DNA of 64,000 bases, taken from the IMG/VR virus record IMGVR_UViG_3300044678_002668, positions 15,503 through 79,502 of that record. The stretch is one strand, 5' to 3'. Both the position numbers and the translations under genes were made by a program. Shown one piece after another: positions 7,899 through 15,236 of the stretch. Under the pieces are notes generated by a model. It did not search any database and was not told the DNA's origin. It worked only from the letters and a program-made list of their open reading frames with translations. Within the stretch, counting starts at the first letter, position 1; each line of letters starts with the position of its first letter. Source of the stretch: a virus.

Positions 7899-9167
7899 AT
7901 GAGTATTGTTCCAATGAATACTAAAGCTAACGGAGTTCCCTTCAAACTCGATGAGCTTATGATTAAGCTCCTGACTAAAGAGCCTTTCTTTGCTAACCTA
8001 ATCTATCAATGTAAGATTAAGTACGACCACCCTAAGATTCCCACAGCGGCAGCCACATTTGAAAAGTATACTCCTGTCATCTTCATCAACAGAGACTTCA
8101 TGAGCATGTATACTCAAGATCAACAGGTAGCCGTACTTAAACATGAAGTGTTGCACCTATTACTTGGCCATGTGCAAGATGCCCGAGCTAAGGGTAAACA
8201 TATGCAGGTATGGAACTATGCTGTTGATTGTGCCATCAATCAATACATTGAAAATATTCCTGAGAAGATGTGGGTATTTAATCCCGAATCTAAAGAGTGG
8301 GAATTAGGAGGTTCTGCCATCACCCTTTCCACCCTTAGAAAAATGCTTAACCAACCTAATCTAGAAGCTCTACAAGCCGCTGAATACTATTATGAAAAGC
8401 TTATGGAGAAAGGTAAAGAGAACTTTGAGAAGAACAAAAGCATGGGCTCCGTTATGGATGTTCATGAAGATATTCCTGACAGTGGAGAGGGTACAGAAGA
8501 AGGTCAAGAGGAAGGTAATACTCCAGGACAAGGAAGCCTACAACAAGAACAGATGAAAGCCGCCGCTAAGGATATGTTAAGTAAAGCCCTTAAGCAAACT
8601 AGTCCAGGTTCTGTTCCTGGAGATTTGGTTAAAGCTTTTGATTTCTTGTTCCAAGAATCTTCGCTTAGCTGGAAGTCTATGCTTCGTAACTTTGTGGCTA
8701 GTGCCACGTCAAGCAAACGTAAGGCCACACGTAAGAAGCCCCATCGTAGGTTTGGATTGGAAGTTCCTGGATATAAGAAACATCGGGAGCTTAAGGTGGC
8801 CTATTGCATGGATACTTCTGGTAGTGTTAGTGAAGAGCAGTTTAATTCCGGTGTATCGGAAATGATTAACATGCTTAAGAGCGGGATGATTAGTGAGCTG
8901 CATGTGATTTATGCAGACTGTAAGGTTAACAAGGTAATCAAGGTGGATAAGGTAAGCAAGGTGCCATATGAGCGACATGGCTATGGTGGTACTGCCTATC
9001 AACCAGCCATTGACAAAGCTAAAGAGATTGGATGTGATGCCATTATTTATTTCGGTGATATGGATACCGCTGATACTCCTGAGAATCCTCATATCCCTTT
9101 TATGTGGCTAACTGTTGGGTCCACTGAAAAGCCTGGAAATTTTGGACTTATGGTGGAGCTTAAGTAA
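7899..9167 (+). CDS. DUF2201-type metallopeptidase + VWA domain protein
   Basis: HEVLH (HExxH), WNYAVDCAIN, MIDAS DTSGS, GGT, YFGD. Confidence 0.88.
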   Translation: MSIVPMNTKANGVPFKLDELMIKLLTKEPFFANLIYQCKIKYDHPKIPTAAATFEKYTPVIFINRDFMSMYTQDQQVAVLKHEVLHLLLGHVQDARAKGKHMQVWNYAVDCAINQYIENIPEKMWVFNPESKEWELGGSAITLSTLRKMLNQPNLEALQAAEYYYEKLMEKGKENFEKNKSMGSVMDVHEDIPDSGEGTEEGQEEGNTPGQGSLQQEQMKAAAKDMLSKALKQTSPGSVPGDLVKAFDFLFQESSLSWKSMLRNFVASATSSKRKATRKKPHRRFGLEVPGYKKHRELKVAYCMDTSGSVSEEQFNSGVSEMINMLKSGMISELHVIYADCKVNKVIKVDKVSKVPYERHGYGGTAYQPAIDKAKEIGCDAIIYFGDMDTADTPENPHIPFMWLTVGSTEKPGNFGLMVELK

Positions 9168-9316
9168 TGGAAGTAATAGTAGGTGGATTAAAAGCTATCA
9201 GGTGGTCTATACCATCTGCACAACTTAATCGTAGGATTTTAATTTCTCCTTGGAGAAGAGGCCTATCAACCAGTATGTTAGAACTTTATTTTGAAAGAAT
9301 GTTATGGATTTTATAA
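9167..9316 (+). CDS. microprotein (49 aa), array C
   Basis: TAATG coupling to VWA gene; GGAG RBS. Confidence 0.6.
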   Translation: MEVIVGGLKAIRWSIPSAQLNRRILISPWRRGLSTSMLELYFERMLWIL

Positions 9317-9441
9317 AAAATCTTTCTTTTTATAGAGAGGAAAATCGCCATCCTTATTTGCACACACTAAATACAAAATATTTTATTCTTAGATTTGAAT
9401 ATGTACACATCTTAAATCTAGCTCAAAGCTATTTGCATTAG
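9304..9441 (+). CDS. microprotein (45 aa), array C
   Basis: MDFIKNLSFYREEN... Confidence 0.55.
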   Translation: MDFIKNLSFYREENRHPYLHTLNTKYFILRFEYVHILNLAQSYLH

Positions 9442-9579
9442 GGGGAACTATTTTTTTAATAGAAAGACTTATTAGAATTCTCTATAGAAGTTCCACGTAT
9501 AATGTGGAGATTGAATTTTTAGTTACTTATCAAGGAGGTTGGTCTCCTTTAGTTAGAACAACTTTGATGAGATTGTTAT

Positions 9580-9738
9580 ATGACGTTTATTGAATATATT
9601 TTTTCAGAATATGGTCCCAGTTATGAAATGTATAACATGTTCAAATGGTATAGCGATTATAAAAGATTAATGGATACGAATGGTGTTTCTAATTTTATAA
9701 TGGAAGATAGTTTACAATTTAACCTGGACAGTATATGA
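9580..9738 (+). CDS. microprotein (52 aa), array C
   Basis: MTFIEYIFSEYGP...; ATGA overlap with next. Confidence 0.6.
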   Translation: MTFIEYIFSEYGPSYEMYNMFKWYSDYKRLMDTNGVSNFIMEDSLQFNLDSI

Positions 9739-9881
9739 GTAGGATTAAATTTAGGGGTTCAAGAAGTAGATTGCAAATGGTTGAGATGTTTTTTTGGATG
9801 GGTGATGGTTATTCTCAATATATAGACAGCTCTCAATTTAAATCAATAATACGTGTTTTTATGGAAGAGAGGGTGTTGTGA
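9735..9881 (+). CDS. microprotein (48 aa), array C
   Basis: ATGA/GTGA overlaps. Confidence 0.6.
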   Translation: MSRIKFRGSRSRLQMVEMFFWMGDGYSQYIDSSQFKSIIRVFMEERVL

Positions 9882-10054
9882 ATAAGATTAAGTATTTGAA
9901 CTCAGATTTTATTCGTCATGCTGATGCAGCCCACAGTATGCGAAACATATTTAACTGGTCAAAATTACCTTCAAAACTTTCTTCAAGTTTTTATCATGGT
10001 ATGACTGTGTTTGGTATTAAAGAACATTTCTTTGAGTGTTTAGAGTGTTTATAA
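9878..10054 (+). CDS. microprotein (58 aa), array C
   Basis: GTG start, GAGG RBS. Confidence 0.6.
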   Translation: MNKIKYLNSDFIRHADAAHSMRNIFNWSKLPSKLSSSFYHGMTVFGIKEHFFECLECL

Positions 10055-10061
10055 GGAGTAT

Positions 10062-10781
10062 GTGCCAATGTCTAAGTTCCAATATAAGTTCCTCATGTTA
10101 ACCTTTGTAATATTGTTCTTTCTATTAGGCCTTAAGGCAGGAGCTACTGGCGACCAAGTAAAGGTATTGGTGGTGGATGGAGAGCTTCCCTATGGGGCGT
10201 ATAAGAAGAATGGAGGGGTGTCTTGTGGTATGGCTCCCATTACAGAACCCTTTTATCCTAATAACGAAACTGTTAGACATGCCCTTAACATTGCCTTAAC
10301 CATTAGTCAGGATAATGATGGGGTATGTGTGGATGTTATGCCTCTCTACACCACGTCCAGTAATGCCGATAAGGGGGGATGGGAATATGATGGGGACCTC
10401 TATCATGCCGCCCTTAAGGCTGGTCTTAAGTACGACATTGTACACCTGTCCTTGGCTGGAGATAGGGAAGCTTCCATTGAGAAGCGTCTCATTAAGGATT
10501 TAATTAAGTCTGGAGTCATTGTGGTGGTTAGCTCAGGTAATTGTGAGGAGAATGTTGAGACATGTAAGAAGGTACAATGGCCAGCTAACTACATTCGAGA
10601 AGAGGTCTTTAAGAACTCTAATAGGTTCGTAGTGGTGAGAGCTAAGAGCGTATCTAATAATCTGGAATATGAGGATGTGGCCTTCACTGAGAAAGCTTGT
10701 AGCCATCCTAGAGGCATGACTAAAGGAATGTGTGGGAGTAGTCAAGCCGCTGCTTGGTATACAAGGAAGCTCATTCCATGA
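10062..10781 (+). CDS. secreted subtilisin-like (S8) serine protease, minimal
   Basis: N-terminal signal/TM; VKVLVVDG (Asp), HALNIA (His), VVVSSGN (oxyanion Asn), GSSQAAA (Ser). Confidence 0.75.
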   Translation: MPMSKFQYKFLMLTFVILFFLLGLKAGATGDQVKVLVVDGELPYGAYKKNGGVSCGMAPITEPFYPNNETVRHALNIALTISQDNDGVCVDVMPLYTTSSNADKGGWEYDGDLYHAALKAGLKYDIVHLSLAGDREASIEKRLIKDLIKSGVIVVVSSGNCEENVETCKKVQWPANYIREEVFKNSNRFVVVRAKSVSNNLEYEDVAFTEKACSHPRGMTKGMCGSSQAAAWYTRKLIP

Positions 10782-10903
10782 AAATGCTAAGCAGCCTCAC
10801 ACTCGTAGTTCCCATATCAAACATAGATGATTTAATTAGTAAACAAACTCCGTATTTAGATTCACAATATCAAATATGGAATGAAGGAATATTAATCCTA
10901 TGA
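10778..10903 (+). CDS. microprotein (41 aa), array D
   Basis: MKMLSSLTLVVPISNIDDLISKQTPYLDSQYQIWNEGILIL. Confidence 0.7.
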   Translation: MKMLSSLTLVVPISNIDDLISKQTPYLDSQYQIWNEGILIL

Positions 10904-11046
10904 TAAAATTAAACAGTTTCCTCAACTTAACCTACGACTTACGCATCTTAGCTCCCATCTCAATTGTACATGATTTAATTCATAAACCGACTTTGTATTT
11001 AACTTATCGTGAAGATATGTGGAATAAAGGATGTGTTTATGCGTAG
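10900..11046 (+). CDS. microprotein (48 aa), array D; paralog of 10778-10903
   Basis: ...APISIVHDLIHKPTLYLTYREDMWNKGCVYA. Confidence 0.7.
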   Translation: MIKLNSFLNLTYDLRILAPISIVHDLIHKPTLYLTYREDMWNKGCVYA

Positions 11047-11161
11047 CTTAAAACCTATTTATAACTTGTTTGGATGGGATGATTTGTTGGATAGGATGTA
11101 TTCTCATATACCTTATGCCACCTATGAATTCTGGAAAGAGGCTTCTGAATGGAATACTTAA
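11039..11161 (+). CDS. microprotein (40 aa), array D
   Basis: MRSLKPIYNLFGWDDLL...EFWKEASEWNT. Confidence 0.65.
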   Translation: MRSLKPIYNLFGWDDLLDRMYSHIPYATYEFWKEASEWNT

Positions 11162-11310
11162 TTGTTTTCCGTGAAAAATATAGTTATAAACTACATATGA
11201 TAAACACCATAGAACCTTCAATGGAAATTGATTATAAAATGTTAGAACATGAAAGCTATAGACCAGCCCATTTTACCTTTTGGTCGAATGTAAATTGGAA
11301 TGTGGTATGA
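11149..11310 (+). CDS. microprotein (53 aa), array D
   Basis: MEYLIVFREK...TFWSNVNWNVV. Confidence 0.6.
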   Translation: MEYLIVFREKYSYKLHMINTIEPSMEIDYKMLEHESYRPAHFTFWSNVNWNVV

Positions 11311-11453
11311 ACAATATTTCTAATCTTTATCTAGCATTGTATACTAGTACGTATTTTATTATTAAAGCAAGAGAGAATAATCCTATAGCTATAGATGCTC
11401 CTGCTTATTGGAGCGACATCATTAAGAAAGTTGAAAGGTATGAGTATGTCTAA
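11307..11453 (+). CDS. microprotein (48 aa), array D
   Basis: MNNISNLYL...AYWSDIIKKVERYEYV. Confidence 0.6.
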   Translation: MNNISNLYLALYTSTYFIIKARENNPIAIDAPAYWSDIIKKVERYEYV

Positions 11454-11592
11454 ATTAAAAGAGCTTTATAGGATTGTGTTTGAACGCAGAGATCTTCATG
11501 TTAAGATTAACCCTCTTTATTTTCATGAAGAGTTTTATCCTGGGCATAACTTCTTTTGGGATACCGCTATAAGGAAAGGGAATTTTCTGTGA
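11446..11592 (+). CDS. microprotein (48 aa), array D
   Basis: MSKLKELYRIVF...FFWDTAIRKGNFL. Confidence 0.65.
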   Translation: MSKLKELYRIVFERRDLHVKINPLYFHEEFYPGHNFFWDTAIRKGNFL

Positions 11593-11750
11593 CTAATTTA
11601 GAATACAATATGTGGGATGAATGTAATGTTATATCTGAACATAATGTTTGGGTAGAACACACTACTCCTGAAAATAGAAATCATTTTCAAGCTTCTTTTA
11701 CAAGTAACTGGTCTTGGTGGATTATGAAAACAGGGGAATATATTACATGA
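11589..11750 (+). CDS. microprotein (53 aa), array D
   Basis: GTGA overlap; ...WSWWIMKTGEYIT. Confidence 0.6.
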   Translation: MTNLEYNMWDECNVISEHNVWVEHTTPENRNHFQASFTSNWSWWIMKTGEYIT

Positions 11751-12082
11751 AATACGAAAAGTATAAAGATTTCACACAGTTAACAGGATCGTTAGAGGAC
11801 ATTGCTCTTGGTCTTGAGGATGAGCTAGTTAATGTGGACATTAAAGTCAAGCGTAAGAACTTCTTGGAGTGGTTGGGAGGAGATGAAGTTATCCTAGAAT
11901 CTGAATGGCCTCTTTATTGGGGCTCATCCTTTACTCTTAAAGGAGTATTGGAACCTCAAGAAGGAACCTGGGAAGTGGAGTTAGCGGTTACTGAGGGGGG
12001 AGATGAGGTGAGTGTATACGATATGGGGAACACTCTCTATTCCTACTTAGACGAACTCTTATCAGATTACACTAATACGTGA
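11747..12082 (+). CDS. acidic hypothetical protein
   Basis: ATGA overlap; GGGGA RBS. Confidence 0.75.
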   Translation: MKYEKYKDFTQLTGSLEDIALGLEDELVNVDIKVKRKNFLEWLGGDEVILESEWPLYWGSSFTLKGVLEPQEGTWEVELAVTEGGDEVSVYDMGNTLYSYLDELLSDYTNT

Positions 12083-12084
12083 CA

Positions 12085-12500
12085 TCCTGTTTATAGCTAC
12101 CCTTGCGCTTCGTGCTTTTAGGCACTACGCTTTTGGCGTTTGCTTAGATACACTAACCCTATTACGGGACTTTAAGTTACGCCGTTCCTTTTGGGAACAT
12201 TGGCGGGACATATAGCTTAGAACCCTTATGGGTTCAGTCTAGGGTGGCTTATGCCACCGAGCTGTTCAAGAGGGTAGAGCCTCTCTAGGGTAGTATGCCC
12301 AGCTCTTGACCACCTGTGGTTAGGCTAGTAGAATATATATCTACAGTCGGTTAACCTAACTCTTTGGGCGGGCCTTGCGCCTTCACTATATGTCCAGGTT
12401 CAGACCCTTGATTGTCCTTTAAGAAGGGGCACTAGTAGTCTAACCTGTTTGGCCTGGCCTCATTAGCTTCGGCGTCTAATGGGTAGGTCTTACTATTATT
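12085..12500. ncRNA. putative large structured noncoding element (strand unresolved)
   Basis: No ORF in the supplied track; GC-richer than flanks; >10 hairpins plus long-range helices (12206-15/12386-95; 12395-400/12442-47). Confidence 0.65.
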
Positions 12501-12503
12501 GTA

Positions 12504-12516
12504 ATATTATTTGTTA
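12504..12516 (-). promoter_or_regulatory. putative late promoter motif TAACAAATAATAT
   Basis: Exact copy of motif found upstream of late genes. Confidence 0.55.
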
Positions 12517-12551
12517 CTTAAGTAAAGAATAAAAAGAGTAAAAGGAGTGAC

Positions 12552-12743
12552 ATGATTATCTTAGATTACTTTGATGGGTCTCTTATTAAAGAGTTAAGAC
12601 GAGAGATTAAGAACTTACAATTTCAACAAGAATATATGAAACAGTTTGAAGATATTTATGTAGGTACTCGAGACAGTTTTTTAAGTATTGGAATAAATTA
12701 TATTTCTGACCATTATAAGAGGTATATGGATACATGGTTTTAA
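12552..12743 (+). CDS. microprotein (63 aa), array E
   Basis: AAGGAG RBS; RDSFLS motif. Confidence 0.75.
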   Translation: MIILDYFDGSLIKELRREIKNLQFQQEYMKQFEDIYVGTRDSFLSIGINYISDHYKRYMDTWF

Positions 12744-12916
12744 TCACAAATGAACTTGGATTTTATAACCACTATCTAAAACATACAGATGGAGATATTC
12801 CTGCTGAAGAAGATAGTCCAATCTGGTATTATTTTTTTGGTAGTGATAGGGATGGTATGCTAGTATCTCATTCATATTTATGGGAATTTATTAAAGAACA
12901 TATGGAGACTATGTAA
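12734..12916 (+). CDS. microprotein (60 aa), array E
   Basis: RDGMLV motif. Confidence 0.7.
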   Translation: MVLITNELGFYNHYLKHTDGDIPAEEDSPIWYYFFGSDRDGMLVSHSYLWEFIKEHMETM

Positions 12917-12917
12917 G

Positions 12918-13106
12918 ATGACGAGCCTACATGAGTTTGGAATTGTAAGATATTATCTTTTTGATAGCGGCGCCACTTTAGACATCTTAGAGCTTAAAAA
13001 AACTCTCTATTATAGAGAACAGCCTTCCATGAGAGACAGTTTTTTATCTATAAAAACAACTTATTTATTCTCTGATTTGGATACTTATTTAGAAAGAGGT
13101 TTATGA
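12918..13106 (+). CDS. microprotein (62 aa), array E
   Basis: RDSFLS motif. Confidence 0.75.
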   Translation: MTSLHEFGIVRYYLFDSGATLDILELKKTLYYREQPSMRDSFLSIKTTYLFSDLDTYLERGL

Positions 13107-13258
13107 AAATCTTATCTTATGAGAATGCAATACCAGCATACTTTGACTATGATGTTGTTTACTATCTTTTTTTCGCAGCTTCTGGTGATGGTTTTTTAAC
13201 ATTAGGAGATTGCGATACGATGCTACGTATTATGGAAAAGGTTTTGGAAAATTTATGA
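13103..13258 (+). CDS. microprotein (51 aa), array E
   Basis: Hand-translated; GDGFLT motif; ATGA overlaps. Confidence 0.65.
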   Translation: MKILSYENAIPAYFDYDVVYYLFFAASGDGFLTLGDCDTMLRIMEKVLENL

Positions 13259-13437
13259 ATCCTATATATAAGCCTATTAGCCTGATATTAAACATGTACT
13301 ATAGTGTTAAACAAAACCTGTTAGTAAATAATGTAGCTCATAATGGTGGATTTACTTATCTAAGAGATGGATGGTTTACTAGAAATACTTCTAAACTTTT
13401 ATTTGAAATTTTTGAAGAGGCTTTTAATGTACTCTAA
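13255..13437 (+). CDS. microprotein (60 aa), array E
   Basis: RDGWFT motif; ATGA overlap. Confidence 0.65.
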   Translation: MNPIYKPISLILNMYYSVKQNLLVNNVAHNGGFTYLRDGWFTRNTSKLLFEIFEEAFNVL

Positions 13438-14212
13438 ATATGATGACCATACCTTTCTTCCCCTAACAATTAACGAACATGGCCGTCCCGATGGAGGAGA
13501 TAGTTTAGCTAACTTTGCAAGATATTACCTAGCATGTTTAGCCACTGGCAAACCCTTTACATTAGAACCTCTAACACATGTCCTCTCCCCAGAAGGAGTT
13601 TGTATTAGACATCCAGGAGAAGGCTTTTATTGCAGCTTCTATTATCAAGGTCCGCTTTTTTGGAACAACCCTAAAGAAGTTAGTAGGGACCAAATGAAAG
13701 CTTTAATGTGGGTTATGGCCTATTATAAGAAACATCCCGAATTGTTAAAGGACAAGCCCAAATTCGCAACACTCTTCACACAGCTCGAATACCTTTATTC
13801 TAAAAGGCTATATATGTTTGCCCAGAATGGTGACGTTATGTTGCCTTTCTTTATGGCTAAATCTTATCCTTGGCTCCTGTTTAGAGATTTAGAAATGTTA
13901 ATTAACCTTGCCATTGTTTGTGGGGTATTACCAATTGTAAGGCATGATAAGCCTTGGGGATTTGGTAAAGGATACAAGGTCATGTTTAGTTGGCAAGATA
14001 AGGAAGACTGGTGTGATGGAGATTGCAACATGCTTGTTGACTTGATTGGTTCTTTTCTGATAAAAGATACCTGGATGTCAAAGTGGATGCGACGTATCTA
14101 TAATAAAATTAGAGGAGATAAATATATCCAACACTATTATAGAAATGAATCTGGCAATAATGAAGAGATTGGTAGGGAGCTAGCTTTAGCTGGAAAGAGC
14201 AGTACTTTATGA
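13427..14212 (+). CDS. hypothetical protein (possible enzyme)
   Basis: GAGG RBS before ATG 13427; DGGDS, RHP and SRDQ motifs. Confidence 0.75.
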   Translation: MYSKYDDHTFLPLTINEHGRPDGGDSLANFARYYLACLATGKPFTLEPLTHVLSPEGVCIRHPGEGFYCSFYYQGPLFWNNPKEVSRDQMKALMWVMAYYKKHPELLKDKPKFATLFTQLEYLYSKRLYMFAQNGDVMLPFFMAKSYPWLLFRDLEMLINLAIVCGVLPIVRHDKPWGFGKGYKVMFSWQDKEDWCDGDCNMLVDLIGSFLIKDTWMSKWMRRIYNKIRGDKYIQHYYRNESGNNEEIGRELALAGKSSTL

Positions 14213-14352
14213 AATCCATTAAAGATCGAGATGAATTTAATTCTCATGTATATGATTCTTCAATAGCGTATTGTTTTTTTGAACATCGTAGCTCTGCCAT
14301 AAGTTCAGATTTTTCTAACACTCTTTTAGAGGAATATATATGGAACTTATAA
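14209..14352 (+). CDS. microprotein (47 aa), array F
   Basis: ATGA overlap. Confidence 0.6.
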   Translation: MKSIKDRDEFNSHVYDSSIAYCFFEHRSSAISSDFSNTLLEEYIWNL

Positions 14353-14468
14353 GTGTTATGTATCTTATTAAAAATAGGCTGTATAGCTTCTATATAGAAG
14401 TTCTATACAATACAAAATTTTACTTAGTTACTGAGTTTTATTATGGTTTTATACAGGAGTGGTTTTGA
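14340..14468 (+). CDS. microprotein (42 aa), array F
   Basis: GAGGA RBS. Confidence 0.55.
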   Translation: MELISVMYLIKNRLYSFYIEVLYNTKFYLVTEFYYGFIQEWF

Positions 14469-14593
14469 ATCTTTTACAAGATATACATAGCATGCAAAAT
14501 CATTCATTGCAATATATACATATAATTTACTTTTTAGAAGGAACCTCTCTTATTAGTTTTCCAAACTATACACCATACATAGAGTATTTATAA
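14465..14593 (+). CDS. microprotein (42 aa), array F
   Basis: TTGA overlap, AGGAG RBS. Confidence 0.55.
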   Translation: MNLLQDIHSMQNHSLQYIHIIYFLEGTSLISFPNYTPYIEYL

Positions 14594-14715
14594 TGCGTTT
14601 ATTACGAAGCTTATCAGCAGAACATTTTCCTACTTTTATCTTTCTTAAAACTTTTTATACTTTTAAATGGCAACTTTATGAAGGATTAAAAAGAGGTTGC
14701 AAATGTTTTTATTAG
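14593..14715 (+). CDS. microprotein (40 aa), array F
   Basis: TAATG coupling. Confidence 0.55.
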   Translation: MRLLRSLSAEHFPTFIFLKTFYTFKWQLYEGLKRGCKCFY

Positions 14716-14840
14716 ATACAGTTTCAAGAAAACTAAACAATAAAGATCTCACAATGAATCTTTTTTCTTTGCGAGATTATGAAAAGTCTTTTAAATACCG
14801 TTTAGTTGTGGACATAATGAAAAAAGGAGAAAGGCTATAA
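14703..14840 (+). CDS. microprotein (45 aa), array F
   Basis: GAGGT RBS. Confidence 0.55.
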   Translation: MFLLDTVSRKLNNKDLTMNLFSLRDYEKSFKYRLVVDIMKKGERL

Positions 14841-14841
14841 T

Positions 14842-15042
14842 ATGACTTTTGATGAAGCGCACATGTATCTATTTGAAATGTTTGAAGAACTTAAAGAAAG
14901 TTTCTCTGAAGAAATGCAAGAAGTGTTGGTGGATACCCTAGCTCATCCACAAGAGCTAACTCTAGAAGATCTAAACGCTTTAGCAGAGGTAATGAATATA
15001 TCCTTAGAAAAAGTAAAACCAACCCTTTACATCGTAAAGTGA
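14842..15042 (+). CDS. small acidic protein, possible degenerate Cro/C1-type HTH
   Basis: AGGAG RBS; LTLEDLNALAEVMNISLE resembles an Xre C-terminus. Confidence 0.6.
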   Translation: MTFDEAHMYLFEMFEELKESFSEEMQEVLVDTLAHPQELTLEDLNALAEVMNISLEKVKPTLYIVK

Positions 15043-15061
15043 TTGGAGTACAATAAGGGAT

Positions 15062-15166
15062 ATGACTAACTTAATTAATACTGCTTTCAACATTTCTTTA
15101 GTGGCGTTTATGATTTGGGCACCACTATTTTCAGTTTGGATTATATGGAAACATTCTTCAAAATAG
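15062..15166 (+). CDS. small membrane peptide (34 aa)
   Basis: AAGGGA RBS; single hydrophobic segment. Confidence 0.45.
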   Translation: MTNLINTAFNISLVAFMIWAPLFSVWIIWKHSSK

Positions 15167-15236
15167 TGTTCATTATCTTTATGTTAAAGCTAAGTGGTAC
15201 CTTTATTGATTGGGTATCTGGAAAGGAATAAGTTAT

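Noticed and set aside
12085-12500. Group I intron, retron msr/msd or tRNA cluster
   Set aside because: Flanking ORFs are complete, so no split exon is needed. There is no convincing P7 R/S pair, no reverse transcriptase in the window and no cloverleaf or T-loop consensus.
12476-12500. Homology between the 3' ends of the two structured elements (CTAATGGG..AGGTCT..CTATT)
   Set aside because: The similarity is short and gapped, and the pairing contexts differ. It cannot be distinguished from chance by eye.
44-14840. Stop-codon recoding or pseudogene decay as an explanation for the short ORFs
   Set aside because: Successive ORFs change frame, use all three stop codons and have their own SD/start. 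Long genes translate cleanly in the standard code.
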